DNA of 64,000 nt from an uncultured delta proteobacterium (GTDB lineage: Bacteria > Myxococcota_A > Polyangia > Polyangiales > Polyangiaceae), in assembly GCA_963716725.1 (NCBI GenBank), contig CAVQUB010000033.1, forward strand, positions 64,001 to 128,000, written 5' to 3'. The notes beneath the pieces were generated by a model that was not told the DNA's origin, did not search any database, and was given only the letters and a program-made list of their open reading frames with translations. The translations under genes were made by a program, and so were the position numbers. Below, one piece after another: positions 21,371 to 31,367 of this stretch; the first letter of the stretch is position 1; each line of letters opens with the position of its first letter.

Positions 21371-23572
21371 TCACTCGCGCAGTGACTGGACCTCGGCGTC
21401 CGTGCGCCGCAGGCGCCGGGCCAAGGCCCGGGCGAGACGGGCAAAGACCGTGGCGCCCACCACGGGATGGGCGCGGGACAGCTGGTTGACGCGCTCGCGG
21501 GACAGCACGAAGACGTCCGTGCGCTTCAGCGCCACGGCGTCGGCGGAGCGCGGTTCCCGGTCGAGAAACGCCATGTCTCCGAAGAAGTCACCGCGACCGA
21601 AGGACGCGACGTGCAGCGTCTTGCCCCCGGCCAGAGGCAAGAGAATGCGGACGGTGCCTCGGCGGATCACGAACAATTCGTCGCCGTGGTCACCGATGGA
21701 GAAGACCTTCTCGCCGGCCTCGTAGGACTTTTCTTCCAAGCAGGCAGCGACCTCGTCCAGGGCGCCGTCCTGCTCGATGTCGCGAAAGAGCTGGATCTGA
21801 TCCAGCGTCAGCACGGCGGTGCGCGGCGGACGATTCGGCAGCGCCTGCTCCAGCACCTGATCTTCGACCCACTCCAGTGCTGCGTCCAGATCGTCGAAGG
21901 TCTCGATGCCTCCGCTGTCTTTCCCGATGTCCAGAGCCGCGAAGTAGGTCCGGACGTCCTGGCCCGTGGGGAGATTCACCGGGATGCCGCTCAGCACCAG
22001 ACGACCCCCGTGCTCCTCGAGTCGCTGGTCCATTTGATCGAGCAGGCGCGCCGCTGTGTAGTCGACCCCTTGCAGACGGTGCAGGTCCAAGACGACGAAA
22101 TCCTGAGTCTCGAGATCCTTGGCCAACTCGGTGAAGAGGCGGTCCGTGGTGCCGAAGAAGAGACTGCCCTGTAGCTCGCAGACCGTGGTGCGTGCACCGC
22201 GCTCGGCGAGCACGGCGGTCTCTTCGTCGACGCGGCGCTGCTTGGAGAAGATGCGGTCGCCATGGGTCTTGCGCCGCACGACCGAGGCGGCCATCTGCTC
22301 CCGCGCAAAGAGCAGCACCGCCAGCCCGAAGCCTGCGGCCGACGCCTGGACCAAGCCGACCGCCACGGCGACGATCACCACCGCCGAGATGACGGCGAAG
22401 TCGAGCAAGGTCGAGCGGTTCTTGAGCAGCCCGAAGACCTTGCGATCGACCATGCGCACCGCGATCACCAGCAGGATGCCGGACAGCGCGGCGACCGGGA
22501 TCCAGGCCACGACGCGGGCCAGCGCGAGGAAGGCGATCAAACAAAAGATGCCCTCGAAGGTGCCGGAGAGACGTGTGCGCGCGCCGCTGGTGACGTTGAT
22601 CAGCGTCGGTCCCATGGTCCCCGCCCCAGGCACGCCTCCGAAGATCGCGGTGACGGTGTTGCCGATGCCCTGGGCGCGCAGTTCTCGATTGGAGTCGCTG
22701 CGTGAGCGCGTGAGCGCGTCCACGATCACCCCGGTCTTCAGCGTGTCGATGGAGAGCAACGCGGACAGCGTGAGCGCCGGGACCACCAGGCCTCCCAGAT
22801 CTGCCAGGCGGAAGCCGGCCAATGCGGCACCGCGCTCCTGAAGCCCTGACAGGACGCCGCCCAGCGAAGCGTTCAGGCTGCCCACGACCAGCGGGTTGCC
22901 AGTCAGCGTCCGCAACGACGGATCGATGGCGGCGAGCCCGGCGTAGGCCGCGCCTCCGCTGAACAGGCCGATGATCGCGGCGGGCACGGCTTTGGTGATG
23001 CGGGGCGCCAGCACCACGCCAGCCACGGTGATGAGACCGACCACGATCGACGGCACGCGCCAACCTTCCGGCGCGCTCAGCGCGGTGAGAAGTCGTGTCC
23101 CCGAGGCCACCCCGAGCAGCCCGGGGAGTTGCTTCACGAAGATCAACACCGCGACGCCGCTCATGAAGCCCGAGACGACGGGGTAGGGGATGTACTTTAT
23201 CACCTTGCCGCCGCCGAGCAGTCCATAGGCGATCTGGAGCAACCCCGAGAGCAACGCGACCGACGTCATCAGCAAGAGCGCCGCTGCAGGATCGCGATCC
23301 CGAACGAGCTCTCCAGCGAGCGCGCCCATCACCGCTGCGGCAGGAGCGCAGGGAGCGGAGATCAACCGCTGGGTTCCACCGAGCAGGGGGTTTACCACGC
23401 CCAAAAGCACCGCTCCGAGCATGCCGGCGACCGCGCCCAGCGCCGCGTTCGATCCGCCGAGAGGCGCGTAGATCGCAACCCCAAAGGCGATGGAGGACGG
23501 CAAGGCAACCAGCGCGGCGGCCAAGCCGCCCCAGGCGTCGGCGCCGAGGTCACCCGAGCGAGAGGTCGTCAC
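21371..23572 (-). CDS. SulP/SLC26 anion transporter with STAS and cNMP-binding domains
   Basis: LVALPSSIAFG, KYIPYPVVSGF, SNRELRAQGIGN, LQGSLFFGT (STAS) and GDFFGDMAFLDREPRSA (cNMP). Confidence 0.9.
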   Translation of the reverse strand: MTTSRSGDLGADAWGGLAAALVALPSSIAFGVAIYAPLGGSNAALGAVAGMLGAVLLGVVNPLLGGTQRLISAPCAPAAAVMGALAGELVRDRDPAAALLLMTSVALLSGLLQIAYGLLGGGKVIKYIPYPVVSGFMSGVAVLIFVKQLPGLLGVASGTRLLTALSAPEGWRVPSIVVGLITVAGVVLAPRITKAVPAAIIGLFSGGAAYAGLAAIDPSLRTLTGNPLVVGSLNASLGGVLSGLQERGAALAGFRLADLGGLVVPALTLSALLSIDTLKTGVIVDALTRSRSDSNRELRAQGIGNTVTAIFGGVPGAGTMGPTLINVTSGARTRLSGTFEGIFCLIAFLALARVVAWIPVAALSGILLVIAVRMVDRKVFGLLKNRSTLLDFAVISAVVIVAVAVGLVQASAAGFGLAVLLFAREQMAASVVRRKTHGDRIFSKQRRVDEETAVLAERGARTTVCELQGSLFFGTTDRLFTELAKDLETQDFVVLDLHRLQGVDYTAARLLDQMDQRLEEHGGRLVLSGIPVNLPTGQDVRTYFAALDIGKDSGGIETFDDLDAALEWVEDQVLEQALPNRPPRTAVLTLDQIQLFRDIEQDGALDEVAACLEEKSYEAGEKVFSIGDHGDELFVIRRGTVRILLPLAGGKTLHVASFGRGDFFGDMAFLDREPRSADAVALKRTDVFVLSRERVNQLSRAHPVVGATVFARLARALARRLRRTDAEVQSLRE

Positions 23573-23613
23573 CGCGCGGTTCTGCCTCTGCCGAAGTCTT
23601 CGGTCAATCCGGA

Positions 23614-24453
23614 TCAGGTCTTGCTGGCGACCGCGCGCAAGAGATGCCGCTGCGCAAATGCGAACACCACCAGGGCCGGCGCGCTGAGCAATACGTTGCC
23701 GGCCATCACGATGTGCCAGCGCACGCCGGTGCCCTGCTCCCGCAGGAGCGCGATGCCCAGGGGCAGGGTGCGGACGGCGTCGTCGGTGGTCATCACCAGC
23801 GGCCAGAAGTAGTCGTTCCAGTGGTAGACGAAGCTGAACAGGAAGAACGAGACCAGCGTTGGCTTGAGCATGGGCCCGAGCAGGCCGTAGATGATGCGCA
23901 GCTCGCTGGCGCCGTCCATGCGCGCGGCCTCGATCAGCGAGTCCGGGACGCTCATCAGCGCCTGCCGGATCAAGAACGTGCCGAACGCACTGACGCCGAA
24001 GGGCAAAATCAGCGCGGTCATGGTGTTGACCAGGCCGAGATCGGCGAGCAGGGCGAAGACCGGCACGAAGCGAACCTGGGCCGGGATCAACAGCGTGGCG
24101 ACGACCAGAGCAAAGGCCAGGCCGCGCCCGGTGAACTGCAGCTTGGCGAGGGCGTAGCCGGCGGGCAGCGCCACACCGATCTGAACCGCCGCGATGCCGA
24201 GGGCCATCAGCGTGGTGTTCCAGAAGTAGCGAGCGAGCGGCATTGCCTCGAGCACCGCTCGATAGGCCCCGAGCTCGAAGCCCGAGGGCAGCGGTGCGGT
24301 CGGAGCCTTGACGATCTCGGGCAGCGTCTTGAAGCTGGTCGAGAGCATCCAGAGGTAGGGCAGGAGCCAGACCGCGGCGACGAGCAGCAGGACGAGGTTG
24401 ACGATGCCGTCTCGCAGCGGGCTCCGAAGGGTTCGGCTCTCGCGAGTCATCAA
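23614..24453 (-). CDS. Carbohydrate ABC transporter permease (UgpE/MalG-like)
   Basis: EAA motif SLIEAARMDGAS and WNDYFWPLV..RTLPLG. Confidence 0.9.
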   Translation of the reverse strand: MMTRESRTLRSPLRDGIVNLVLLLVAAVWLLPYLWMLSTSFKTLPEIVKAPTAPLPSGFELGAYRAVLEAMPLARYFWNTTLMALGIAAVQIGVALPAGYALAKLQFTGRGLAFALVVATLLIPAQVRFVPVFALLADLGLVNTMTALILPFGVSAFGTFLIRQALMSVPDSLIEAARMDGASELRIIYGLLGPMLKPTLVSFFLFSFVYHWNDYFWPLVMTTDDAVRTLPLGIALLREQGTGVRWHIVMAGNVLLSAPALVVFAFAQRHLLRAVASKT

Positions 24454-25316
24454 GCGGCCCCCTTCTTGCGCCAGGCCCAGAGCTGCAGCGCCGTGAGCAC
24501 CAGCAACAGCAGGAAGAACACGACGACCAGGGCGCTGGCGCGACCGACCCGCAGGTTCAGGAAGACCTGCTCGTAGATCGCGTACACGAACACACTGGTC
24601 GAGCGCACCGGACCTCCCTGGGTCATCACCCGGACCACGTCGAAGACCTGAAAGCTGATGATCAGGCTGGTGGTGCCGACGAAGGCGGCGGTGGGTCGGA
24701 GCAGCGGCCAGGTGACGTTGACGAAGCGTTGCCAGGCGCCGGCGCCGTCCAGCGACGCCGCCTCGTAGAGCGAGCGTGGGATGTCCTGCAGCCCGGCCAA
24801 GAACAGGACCATCGAGTAGCCGGCGATCTTCCAGATCGTGACGCCGCTGAGGGCGTAGAGCGCCGACTTGGGATTTCCGAGCCAGTTGGTGGTGGGGATG
24901 CCCAAGGCGCGACAGAGCGCCGTGAACGCGCCGGCGTCAGCGTCGAGGACCCAGAGCCAGAGCAGCGCGACGCTGACCCAGGACACGACGTAGGCACTGA
25001 ACACGGCGCTGCGCACGAAGCCGGCGAAGCGCGTCGGTCGATTCAGGGCAAGGGCCAGCGCCAGCCCAAGGGCCATGGACCCCAGCACGACGACGGCGCT
25101 CATGATAAGCGTGGTGCTGAGCGCGTGGCCAAGCTCGCCGGTGTCGATGAGCGCGCGGTAGTTGTCGAGCCCCACGTAGCGGGGCGGCGTGAGCAAGTCC
25201 CACTCGTAGAGGCTGCTCTTGGCCGCCTGGAGCAGCGGCACGAAGAAGAACACCACGAGCAGGACCACGGTCGGCGCGAGCATCCACGCCGGATCGATGC
25301 GGCGGCTCGGTCGCAT
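24450..25316 (-). CDS. Carbohydrate ABC transporter permease (UgpA/MalF-like)
   Basis: YVGLDNY, LAGLQDIPRSLYEAASLDGA and FQVFDVV..TQGGP. ATG at 25316. Confidence 0.9.
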   Translation of the reverse strand: MRPSRRIDPAWMLAPTVVLLVVFFFVPLLQAAKSSLYEWDLLTPPRYVGLDNYRALIDTGELGHALSTTLIMSAVVVLGSMALGLALALALNRPTRFAGFVRSAVFSAYVVSWVSVALLWLWVLDADAGAFTALCRALGIPTTNWLGNPKSALYALSGVTIWKIAGYSMVLFLAGLQDIPRSLYEAASLDGAGAWQRFVNVTWPLLRPTAAFVGTTSLIISFQVFDVVRVMTQGGPVRSTSVFVYAIYEQVFLNLRVGRASALVVVFFLLLLVLTALQLWAWRKKGAA

Positions 25317-26582
25317 CAGCGCCACCTCTTGGCGAGCCTGCGCGCCTCGTCGAGGGAGGCCCGCGTGTCCTTGCCGCCGAGCACCGCGCCCTCGAGTCGC
25401 GGCTGTACGATCTCGCGCTGCACTCGGAAGAGCTCTGGCGACCAGGGCCAAGGGCGGGCGACGTCGAGCTGGTCGAGGGCCACGCGATCGTTGGGGTGCC
25501 TCGCGTAGTAGCCGTCGGTCTCGAGCTTTGCGATGGCAGCGCGCGTCACCGGCATGTAGCCGGTCTTGGTCGCCCAGGAGATGGCGTTTTCGGTCTGGTG
25601 CATGAAGCGCAGAAAGGCCCAGGCGGTCGGTTTTTGCGCCTGGGGTGCGGCGCGCAGCATGATCCAATGGGTGCCACCGGTCGGCACCGCTCGTCGGATG
25701 CTCAGCCGGGCAGCGGCGCCGCGACGACGGGAAAGGGCGCGTTCTCTTCCAGGTATTTCAGGAACGCGGTGCTGGTCCAGATCATCGCCACACGCGAGCC
25801 GAGGAAGTCCTGGTTGGTCTGCTCCCAGGCGTTGTAGTCGCGGCCCGGTGGCGGCTTCATCGAGCGGTCTTCGAGCACGAGCGTCTTCCAGAAGTCGAGG
25901 GCTCGGACGCCGGCCTCGCCGCCGAGGCTCACGCTGCCGTCGGGCTCGACCACGTCGCCGCCGGCCTGACCGACCAGCGCCGCCCAGAACCACCAGTCGA
26001 TGGGACAACCGAAGCCGTAGCGCGTGGTGCGTCCGCCCTGGTTCTCGGTGAAGGCCCGCGCCGTCTCGCGCAGCTCGATCCAGGTCTTGGGCGCGGAGAG
26101 CTTTCGCTCGGCAAAGAGCTTGCCGTTCAGATAGGCGATCGGCGTCGAGCGATTGAAGGGCAGGGTGACCAGCGGCCGATCGGCCCCGCCGATCCACGAT
26201 CCGGCCTGTCCGAGGGCCGGCACGATGTCGAGGTCTGCCGCGCCCGGATAGGCGTCGAGGGGCTCGAGCACGTCGGCCTGCGGCCAGATAGGGCACGACC
26301 TCACCGACCACGTGGGAGAGCGCCGGGGCGCTTCGAGCTGCGATGGCCGTGCGCAGTTTCGCCAGGCCTTCGAAGTAGTCGCCCTGATAGATGGCGCGTG
26401 ATCCAGTGCTCGCTCTGCGACTGGTTGAACGCCTTGACCAGTCCCTCGAGCACCTGCCGATTCTTGCCGCCGTAGGTGAACCAGAGCGGTGCGCTCTTGC
26501 GGCCGGGCGGCGCAGCGCCCGAAGCGCAGCCCGCCAGGCTCGCGGCAGCCAGCGCGAGGAACGCGCGGCGGCCGACCGTCAC
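25316..26582 (-). pseudogene. ABC substrate-binding lipoprotein (UgpB-like); 3 frameshifts, possibly sequencing artefacts
   Basis: Tat/lipobox GRRAFL..LAGC, YQGDYFE, PFNRSTPIAYLN and TGYMPV are distributed over several frames, with shifts near 26396, 26281 and 25703. Confidence 0.75.
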
Positions 26583-27640
26583 AGCGCCTTCCCCGTGTCC
26601 CGATCGAACCAGCGCACGTGCTCCCGAGAGAAGCCCACCGGGACGGATTCGTCGACGCCCGGCGCATCGAAGCCGGCGACCTTGGCGCGCAGCGTGACCG
26701 CGTCGATGGCGAGCTCGAGGTGGGACTCGCTGCCGTGGGGCTCGCTGCTCACCGCCCGAGCCTCGGCGCGAACGAGGCCATCGGCGTCGGCGCCGACGCG
26801 CAGGTGCTCGGGCCGGATCCCGAGCACGAGCCGTTCCCCGCTCGGCAGGAGCCTCGAGCGCAAATCCGCCTGCGCGCACGCGATCACCGTCGCGGTCGGC
26901 GTCGATCAGGTTCATCGGGGGCGAGCCGAAGAAGCTCGCGACGAAAGTCGTGGCCGGCGCCTCGTAGATGCGTCGCGGCGTGTCGACCTGCTCGAGGCGA
27001 CCCGCGCGGATGACCGCCACCCGATTCGAGAGCGTCATCGCTTCGGCTTGATCGTGGGTCACGTAGAGCGCGGTGGCCTCGAGCCGGCGCAGCAGCTTGC
27101 CGAGTTCGACGCGCAGCTCCGCGCGCAGCGCGGCGTCCAGGTTCGAGAGCGGCTCGTCGAACAGGAACACCGCGGTTCGCGCACGATGGCGCGGCCCATC
27201 GCCACGCGTTGCTGCTCGCCTCCGGAGAGCTCGGCGGGTCGGCGGTCGAGCAAGCGCGTGATGCTCAGCAGCTCGGCGGTCTTCGCCACCGTCGCCTCCC
27301 GCACGCTCGCGGCGACGCCGCGCATCTTGAGCGGAAAGCCCATGATCTCCCGGACTCGCATGTGCGGGTAGAGCGCGAAGCCCTGAAAGACCATGGACAC
27401 GTCGCGGGCCTGCGGCGGCACTCGAGTCATTTCCTTGCCGCCGATCAGGACCTTGCCCCGGTCTGGGAAGTCCAGGCCCGCCACCATGCGAAGCGTCGTG
27501 CTCTTTCCACAGCCGCTCGGCCCGACCAGGCTCACCACCTCGCCCCGAGCCACCTCCAGGCTGACGTCATCGACGGCTGGGCGATCCGCCCCGGAAAAAC
27601 GTCGTACCAATCCTTCGAGCTGGACGTCGGAAGCGGGCAC
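26579..27640 (-). pseudogene. ABC ATP-binding protein (MalK/UgpC-like); 2 frameshifts, possibly sequencing artefacts
   Basis: [45 protein letters not shown] and LGIRPEH, with shifts near 27173 and 26846. Confidence 0.8.
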
Positions 27641-27682
27641 GCGGGAGGTATACGGGAAAACGTCGCGGAGCAGGAAATTCGC
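27633..27682 (+). repeat. Direct repeat copy 1, flanking the GH5 gene
   Basis: GCGGGCACGCGG (27633-27644) and GTCGCGGAGCAGGAAATTCGC (27662-27682), both repeated in the same order at 29289-29331. Confidence 0.8.
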
Positions 27683-27942
27683 GGGTTATGCCCTCGCGCT
27701 CCTCGCAGCGGCAGGCCCTGACGCCGCGCCTCGGACGCACGCCGAATGCTCCGGGCCCGAACCCGTGGTCGGGCTACGACCACTCGCCGGGACACTCACC
27801 CGTGGGAACGTATTCGCCGGAACGAATGCGGGAGATCGCGGTGGTTTTCACGCGGCGGCGATCCGGTCCAGCGCCTTGCGCGCGCTGTCGGCGTCGACGA
27901 TGATGATGGCGGCTGTCCCAACCGCAACCAAAAGAGGCGAAG

Positions 27943-29265
27943 ATGGAGCCGACCTTTCCGCATGTCTCCCTTGCCCTGTCGCTTTCGATGGGACTCGCAC
28001 TCAACATCGCCGCGTGCGGGGGCGACGACGGATCCGGCAGCGAGGGCGGAAGCGCAAGCGGCGGGGTTGGCGGTACCGGCGGACTGGGTGGGGCGAGCGG
28101 CGGCGCGGGTGGTGCCGGCGGCACCGGCGGCATCGGTGGTGGCGCGGGCGGCACCGGCGGTAGCGCGGGCGGTGCGGGCGGTGCGGGTGGTGCCGGCGGC
28201 GCGGGTGGCGCCGGCGGTGGCAGTGGGGGTGCAGTGGCCCGCCCGAGCTACAACACAGGCAAGGGTTTCTTCACGCTCGACGGCAAGCTCTACGACGCAA
28301 ACGGCGTCGAGTTTCGCATCAAAGGCGCAAATCGCGCGCACTACGACGTTGCGCCGAAGGGTGCCGCGCTAGCGAAAATCAATGCGTTCCGCCTCGGGAC
28401 TCCGCTCTGGTCGGGCCCGGGGGCCGCAGTCATCGCGGACGTCGATGCCATGATCGCAAATCACATCGTACCCATCCTGGGACTGTGGTTCACGACCTCC
28501 GACTACTCCGAGGCGGGCAACGTGACGTGCAAGCCCTCCACGGGCGCCGGCCTCAACGTCTTCAACACCGCGGTGAGCCAGTGGGTCACTTGGTATTCGA
28601 CCTACCAATCCAAGGGCTACGAAAAGTACATGCTGCTCAACATCGCCAACGAGTGGGGGAGCGCGTGGAGCGCTGGAGATACCAGCTTTCTCACGGCCTA
28701 TCAGGGCGCCATCGACACCCTGCGCCAGAAGGGCTTCCTGGCGACGCTGGTCATCGATGCCGGCGGGTGCGGACAAGACCCAGCCTCGCTGTTGAAGTTC
28801 GCACAAGCCCTGTACGACCACGATCCCCAGCACAACATCCTCTTCGATTTGCACATCTACGGGAACTTCTGCGAGACCAGCCAGGGCGTTTCGTGTCAGT
28901 CGTGGCAGACGCCGCTCATGGCCACGTTCGACAGCTTGAAGGCGATCAAGTCGCCGAGTCATGGCGCCATTCCTTTTCTCGTCGGCGAGTTCGGGCCGGG
29001 GAAAGGCATCGGTCCGTCTCCGACCCAGCTCACCCCTGGCTACATCATTCAGCAGGCGAACACGCATGGCTTTGGCTGGCTGGCGTGGGCTTGGGACGAC
29101 AACAACTTGCCGAACTGCTCGGCGAACGACGACGGCTTCGGCATGCTCACCCATGCCTGTCAGGGCTATGCCGCGAGCGCCGATCTCACCGCCTTTGGCA
29201 AGGACGTCATCGAAACCCCAAGCTATGGCACCCAGGCCAACGCCGTCCCGGCGACCGTCTTCTAG
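27943..29265 (+). CDS. GH5 glycoside hydrolase lipoprotein (beta-mannanase/cellulase-like) with Gly-rich linker
   Basis: Lipobox IAAC, Gly-rich linker, GKLYDANGVEF, acid/base LNIANEW, HIY, nucleophile VGEFG and GWLAWAW. Confidence 0.88.
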   Translation: MEPTFPHVSLALSLSMGLALNIAACGGDDGSGSEGGSASGGVGGTGGLGGASGGAGGAGGTGGIGGGAGGTGGSAGGAGGAGGAGGAGGAGGGSGGAVARPSYNTGKGFFTLDGKLYDANGVEFRIKGANRAHYDVAPKGAALAKINAFRLGTPLWSGPGAAVIADVDAMIANHIVPILGLWFTTSDYSEAGNVTCKPSTGAGLNVFNTAVSQWVTWYSTYQSKGYEKYMLLNIANEWGSAWSAGDTSFLTAYQGAIDTLRQKGFLATLVIDAGGCGQDPASLLKFAQALYDHDPQHNILFDLHIYGNFCETSQGVSCQSWQTPLMATFDSLKAIKSPSHGAIPFLVGEFGPGKGIGPSPTQLTPGYIIQQANTHGFGWLAWAWDDNNLPNCSANDDGFGMLTHACQGYAASADLTAFGKDVIETPSYGTQANAVPATVF

Positions 29266-29288
29266 TGGCGCGCCCCCGGACGCGTCCG

Positions 29289-29331
29289 GCGGGCACGCGG
29301 TACGGAAAGGGTCGCGGAGCAGGAAATTCGC
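29289..29331 (+). repeat. Direct repeat copy 2, flanking the GH5 gene
   Basis: GCGGGCACGCGG (29289-29300) and GTCGCGGAGCAGGAAATTCGC (29311-29331). Confidence 0.8.
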
Positions 29332-29334
29332 CGG

Positions 29335-30594
29335 ATGCGCCAGAAACATCACCCCGGAGAGGTCATCGGCCTCGCGCTCTTCGCGGCCCTGGGCTGTGAC
29401 TCCCGCACTTCCGACGCGCCTGCTCTCGCCAACCCGGCGGCGGCCCCGGACCCACTGACGGCGACGGCCCGAGCGAGCAGCAGCTCCGGCCCCGCCACCA
29501 GCGCCGGCGCGCCGGCCGCGTCGAGGCCGCCGGTCTCGGCGAGCTGCGCTGCGGGAATGGCGAAGATCCAGGGTGGTCCGTTCAAGGTCGGCAGCGACTC
29601 GCCGAGTTCAGCCCTCGAAGAGAGGCCCCGCTTCGAGACCGAGGTCGCGGCCTTCTGCCTCGATCTCACCGAGGTGACCGTCGACGCGTACGCCGCCTGC
29701 CAGGGCTCGGGGAAGTGCGACGCACCGAGTGCCGAAGGACGATTCTGCAACACGCGCTTCGAGGATCGCGGCGACCATCCCATGAACTGCGTGTCCTGGT
29801 ACCAGGCCAAGGCCCACTGCGAGGCGCGCGGCGCGCGCTTGCCAAGCGAGCTCGAGTGGGAGTACGCGGCCCGTGGCGGCGGCGAGTACCGCGCGTATTC
29901 CTGGGGCCCGGAGCCGCCCGATGGCCGCACCTGCTGGAAGCACATCGGTGGCTCATGCAAGATCAAGAGCTTCGCTACAGGGGCCTTCGGTCTGTACGAC
30001 ATGATCGGCAACGTCTGGGAGTGGACCGACGATTGGTTCGGCGACTACCCGTGGCCGCCTCCGACGGGCAGCAACAAGGTCTACCGGGGCGGGAGCTGGA
30101 GTCGGCGCTTCGAGAAGTGGATGAGCCCGAAGCTCCGAAATCGTTGGCCGCCCAAGCTGTCGGGGTCGCACCTCGGGTTTCGCTGCGCATCGACGCCCGC
30201 AGATGCCGCCTGCCCATTCGGCCGGAGCGCGGACGGAAAGCGCTGTCTGCACGGGATCCGCTCCGTCACCTGTGCGGGACGCACGCGGTGGAACGGACAG
30301 CGCTGCGCCAACGATGGCCAGAGCGAGTGCCCAGCGGGGCGCGAAAAGCTCGCCGGTCACGGCTGCGTGCTCAGGCTCGACCCGAGGGGCCCGGCGCCCT
30401 CCACGGGTGCGTCGCCCGTGACGCGTGCGCGCACGCCGGGCTTCGACGCGGACTGCCAGGCGAACAAGCCCGGGCGACCGAGCGCCTACCGCTACAGCGG
30501 CGGGACGCATCATGGGCGTAACCAAGTGAGCGCCCGCGCGGGTTGCTCCAATCGTGATGTCGGAGTGGGATGGAACTCGACTTGTTGCCCATGA
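29335..30594 (+). CDS. FGE-sulfatase (SUMF1/EgtB/PvdO) domain lipoprotein with Cys-rich C-terminus
   Basis: TEVT, HPMNCVSW, RLPSELEWEYAARG, FGLYDMIGNVWEW, RGGSW and GFRCA. Confidence 0.85.
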   Translation: MRQKHHPGEVIGLALFAALGCDSRTSDAPALANPAAAPDPLTATARASSSSGPATSAGAPAASRPPVSASCAAGMAKIQGGPFKVGSDSPSSALEERPRFETEVAAFCLDLTEVTVDAYAACQGSGKCDAPSAEGRFCNTRFEDRGDHPMNCVSWYQAKAHCEARGARLPSELEWEYAARGGGEYRAYSWGPEPPDGRTCWKHIGGSCKIKSFATGAFGLYDMIGNVWEWTDDWFGDYPWPPPTGSNKVYRGGSWSRRFEKWMSPKLRNRWPPKLSGSHLGFRCASTPADAACPFGRSADGKRCLHGIRSVTCAGRTRWNGQRCANDGQSECPAGREKLAGHGCVLRLDPRGPAPSTGASPVTRARTPGFDADCQANKPGRPSAYRYSGGTHHGRNQVSARAGCSNRDVGVGWNSTCCP

Positions 30595-31343
30595 AGCGTT
30601 TGACCCTCGCGTTGGCGGTGATGGCTGGCTGCGCCGGCAGCGCGCCGTCGTCCCCGACCCAGCCGGTGGCCAGCGCGCGTGCCAGCGCTGCGCCCGCGCC
30701 CAGCGCGATCCCCAGCGCCGAGCCCGCGGCGGCGCCCGCGGCGGCGCCCAGTTCGAGCAGCGCCCCTCCGCCCGTCGAGCCCGCGCCCCCCGCGGTGTCG
30801 GAGCCGGCGCCGCTGCCCCAGGACACCGTGGTGTTGCACGTCGGCGACTCGATGGCGGGTGCGCTGGGCGTCGCGCTGAACGAAGAGTTCAAGCGTCACA
30901 AGGTCAAGGGCATGCTGCGTTTCAAGACGGCGAGCTACATCCCGGGCTGGGCGGGCGGCATGGAGTTGCCCTTGCACCTGTCGCAGCTGAAGCCCGATCT
31001 GGTGCTGATCACGCTCGGCACCAACGAGGTCAAAATGCCCGACCCGACGCAGCGCGCGCCGCTGGTGAAGAAGATCGTCAAGATGATCGGGGATCGCCCC
31101 TGCGTGTGGATCGCGCCGCCGATCTGGACCCAAGAGCGGGGCCTCTATCAGGTGATCCGTGAGAACGTCGCGCCCTGCCGATACATGGACACCGAGGTCG
31201 TGTACCCCGAGATGCCGCGCCTCAACGACAAGATCCACCCCACGATCAACGCCCGAAAGGAGTGGGCCAAGCGCGTGGTGGCGTGGCTCGCGCGAGAGCG
31301 GCGGCCGGTGCCCGGGAAACCTTGGGCCTTGGCGCCGGAGTGA
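30591..31343 (+). CDS. SGNH/GDSL-like hydrolase lipoprotein
   Basis: Lipobox MAGC, VGDSMAG, LGTNE and DKIHP; ATGA-coupled to the upstream gene. Confidence 0.8.
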   Translation: MKRLTLALAVMAGCAGSAPSSPTQPVASARASAAPAPSAIPSAEPAAAPAAAPSSSSAPPPVEPAPPAVSEPAPLPQDTVVLHVGDSMAGALGVALNEEFKRHKVKGMLRFKTASYIPGWAGGMELPLHLSQLKPDLVLITLGTNEVKMPDPTQRAPLVKKIVKMIGDRPCVWIAPPIWTQERGLYQVIRENVAPCRYMDTEVVYPEMPRLNDKIHPTINARKEWAKRVVAWLARERRPVPGKPWALAPE

Positions 31344-31367
31344 GCGAGCGGCGGCCGCGCGACAGGA

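Noticed and set aside
28020..28235. GGC-rich low-complexity tract as a non-coding repeat
   Set aside because: It encodes the Gly/Ala/Thr linker typical of these lipoproteins.
29262..29275. CTAGTGGCGCG at the GH5 stop, resembling the IS left end
   Set aside because: Only about 10 of 11 bp match, and no partner inverted end was seen.
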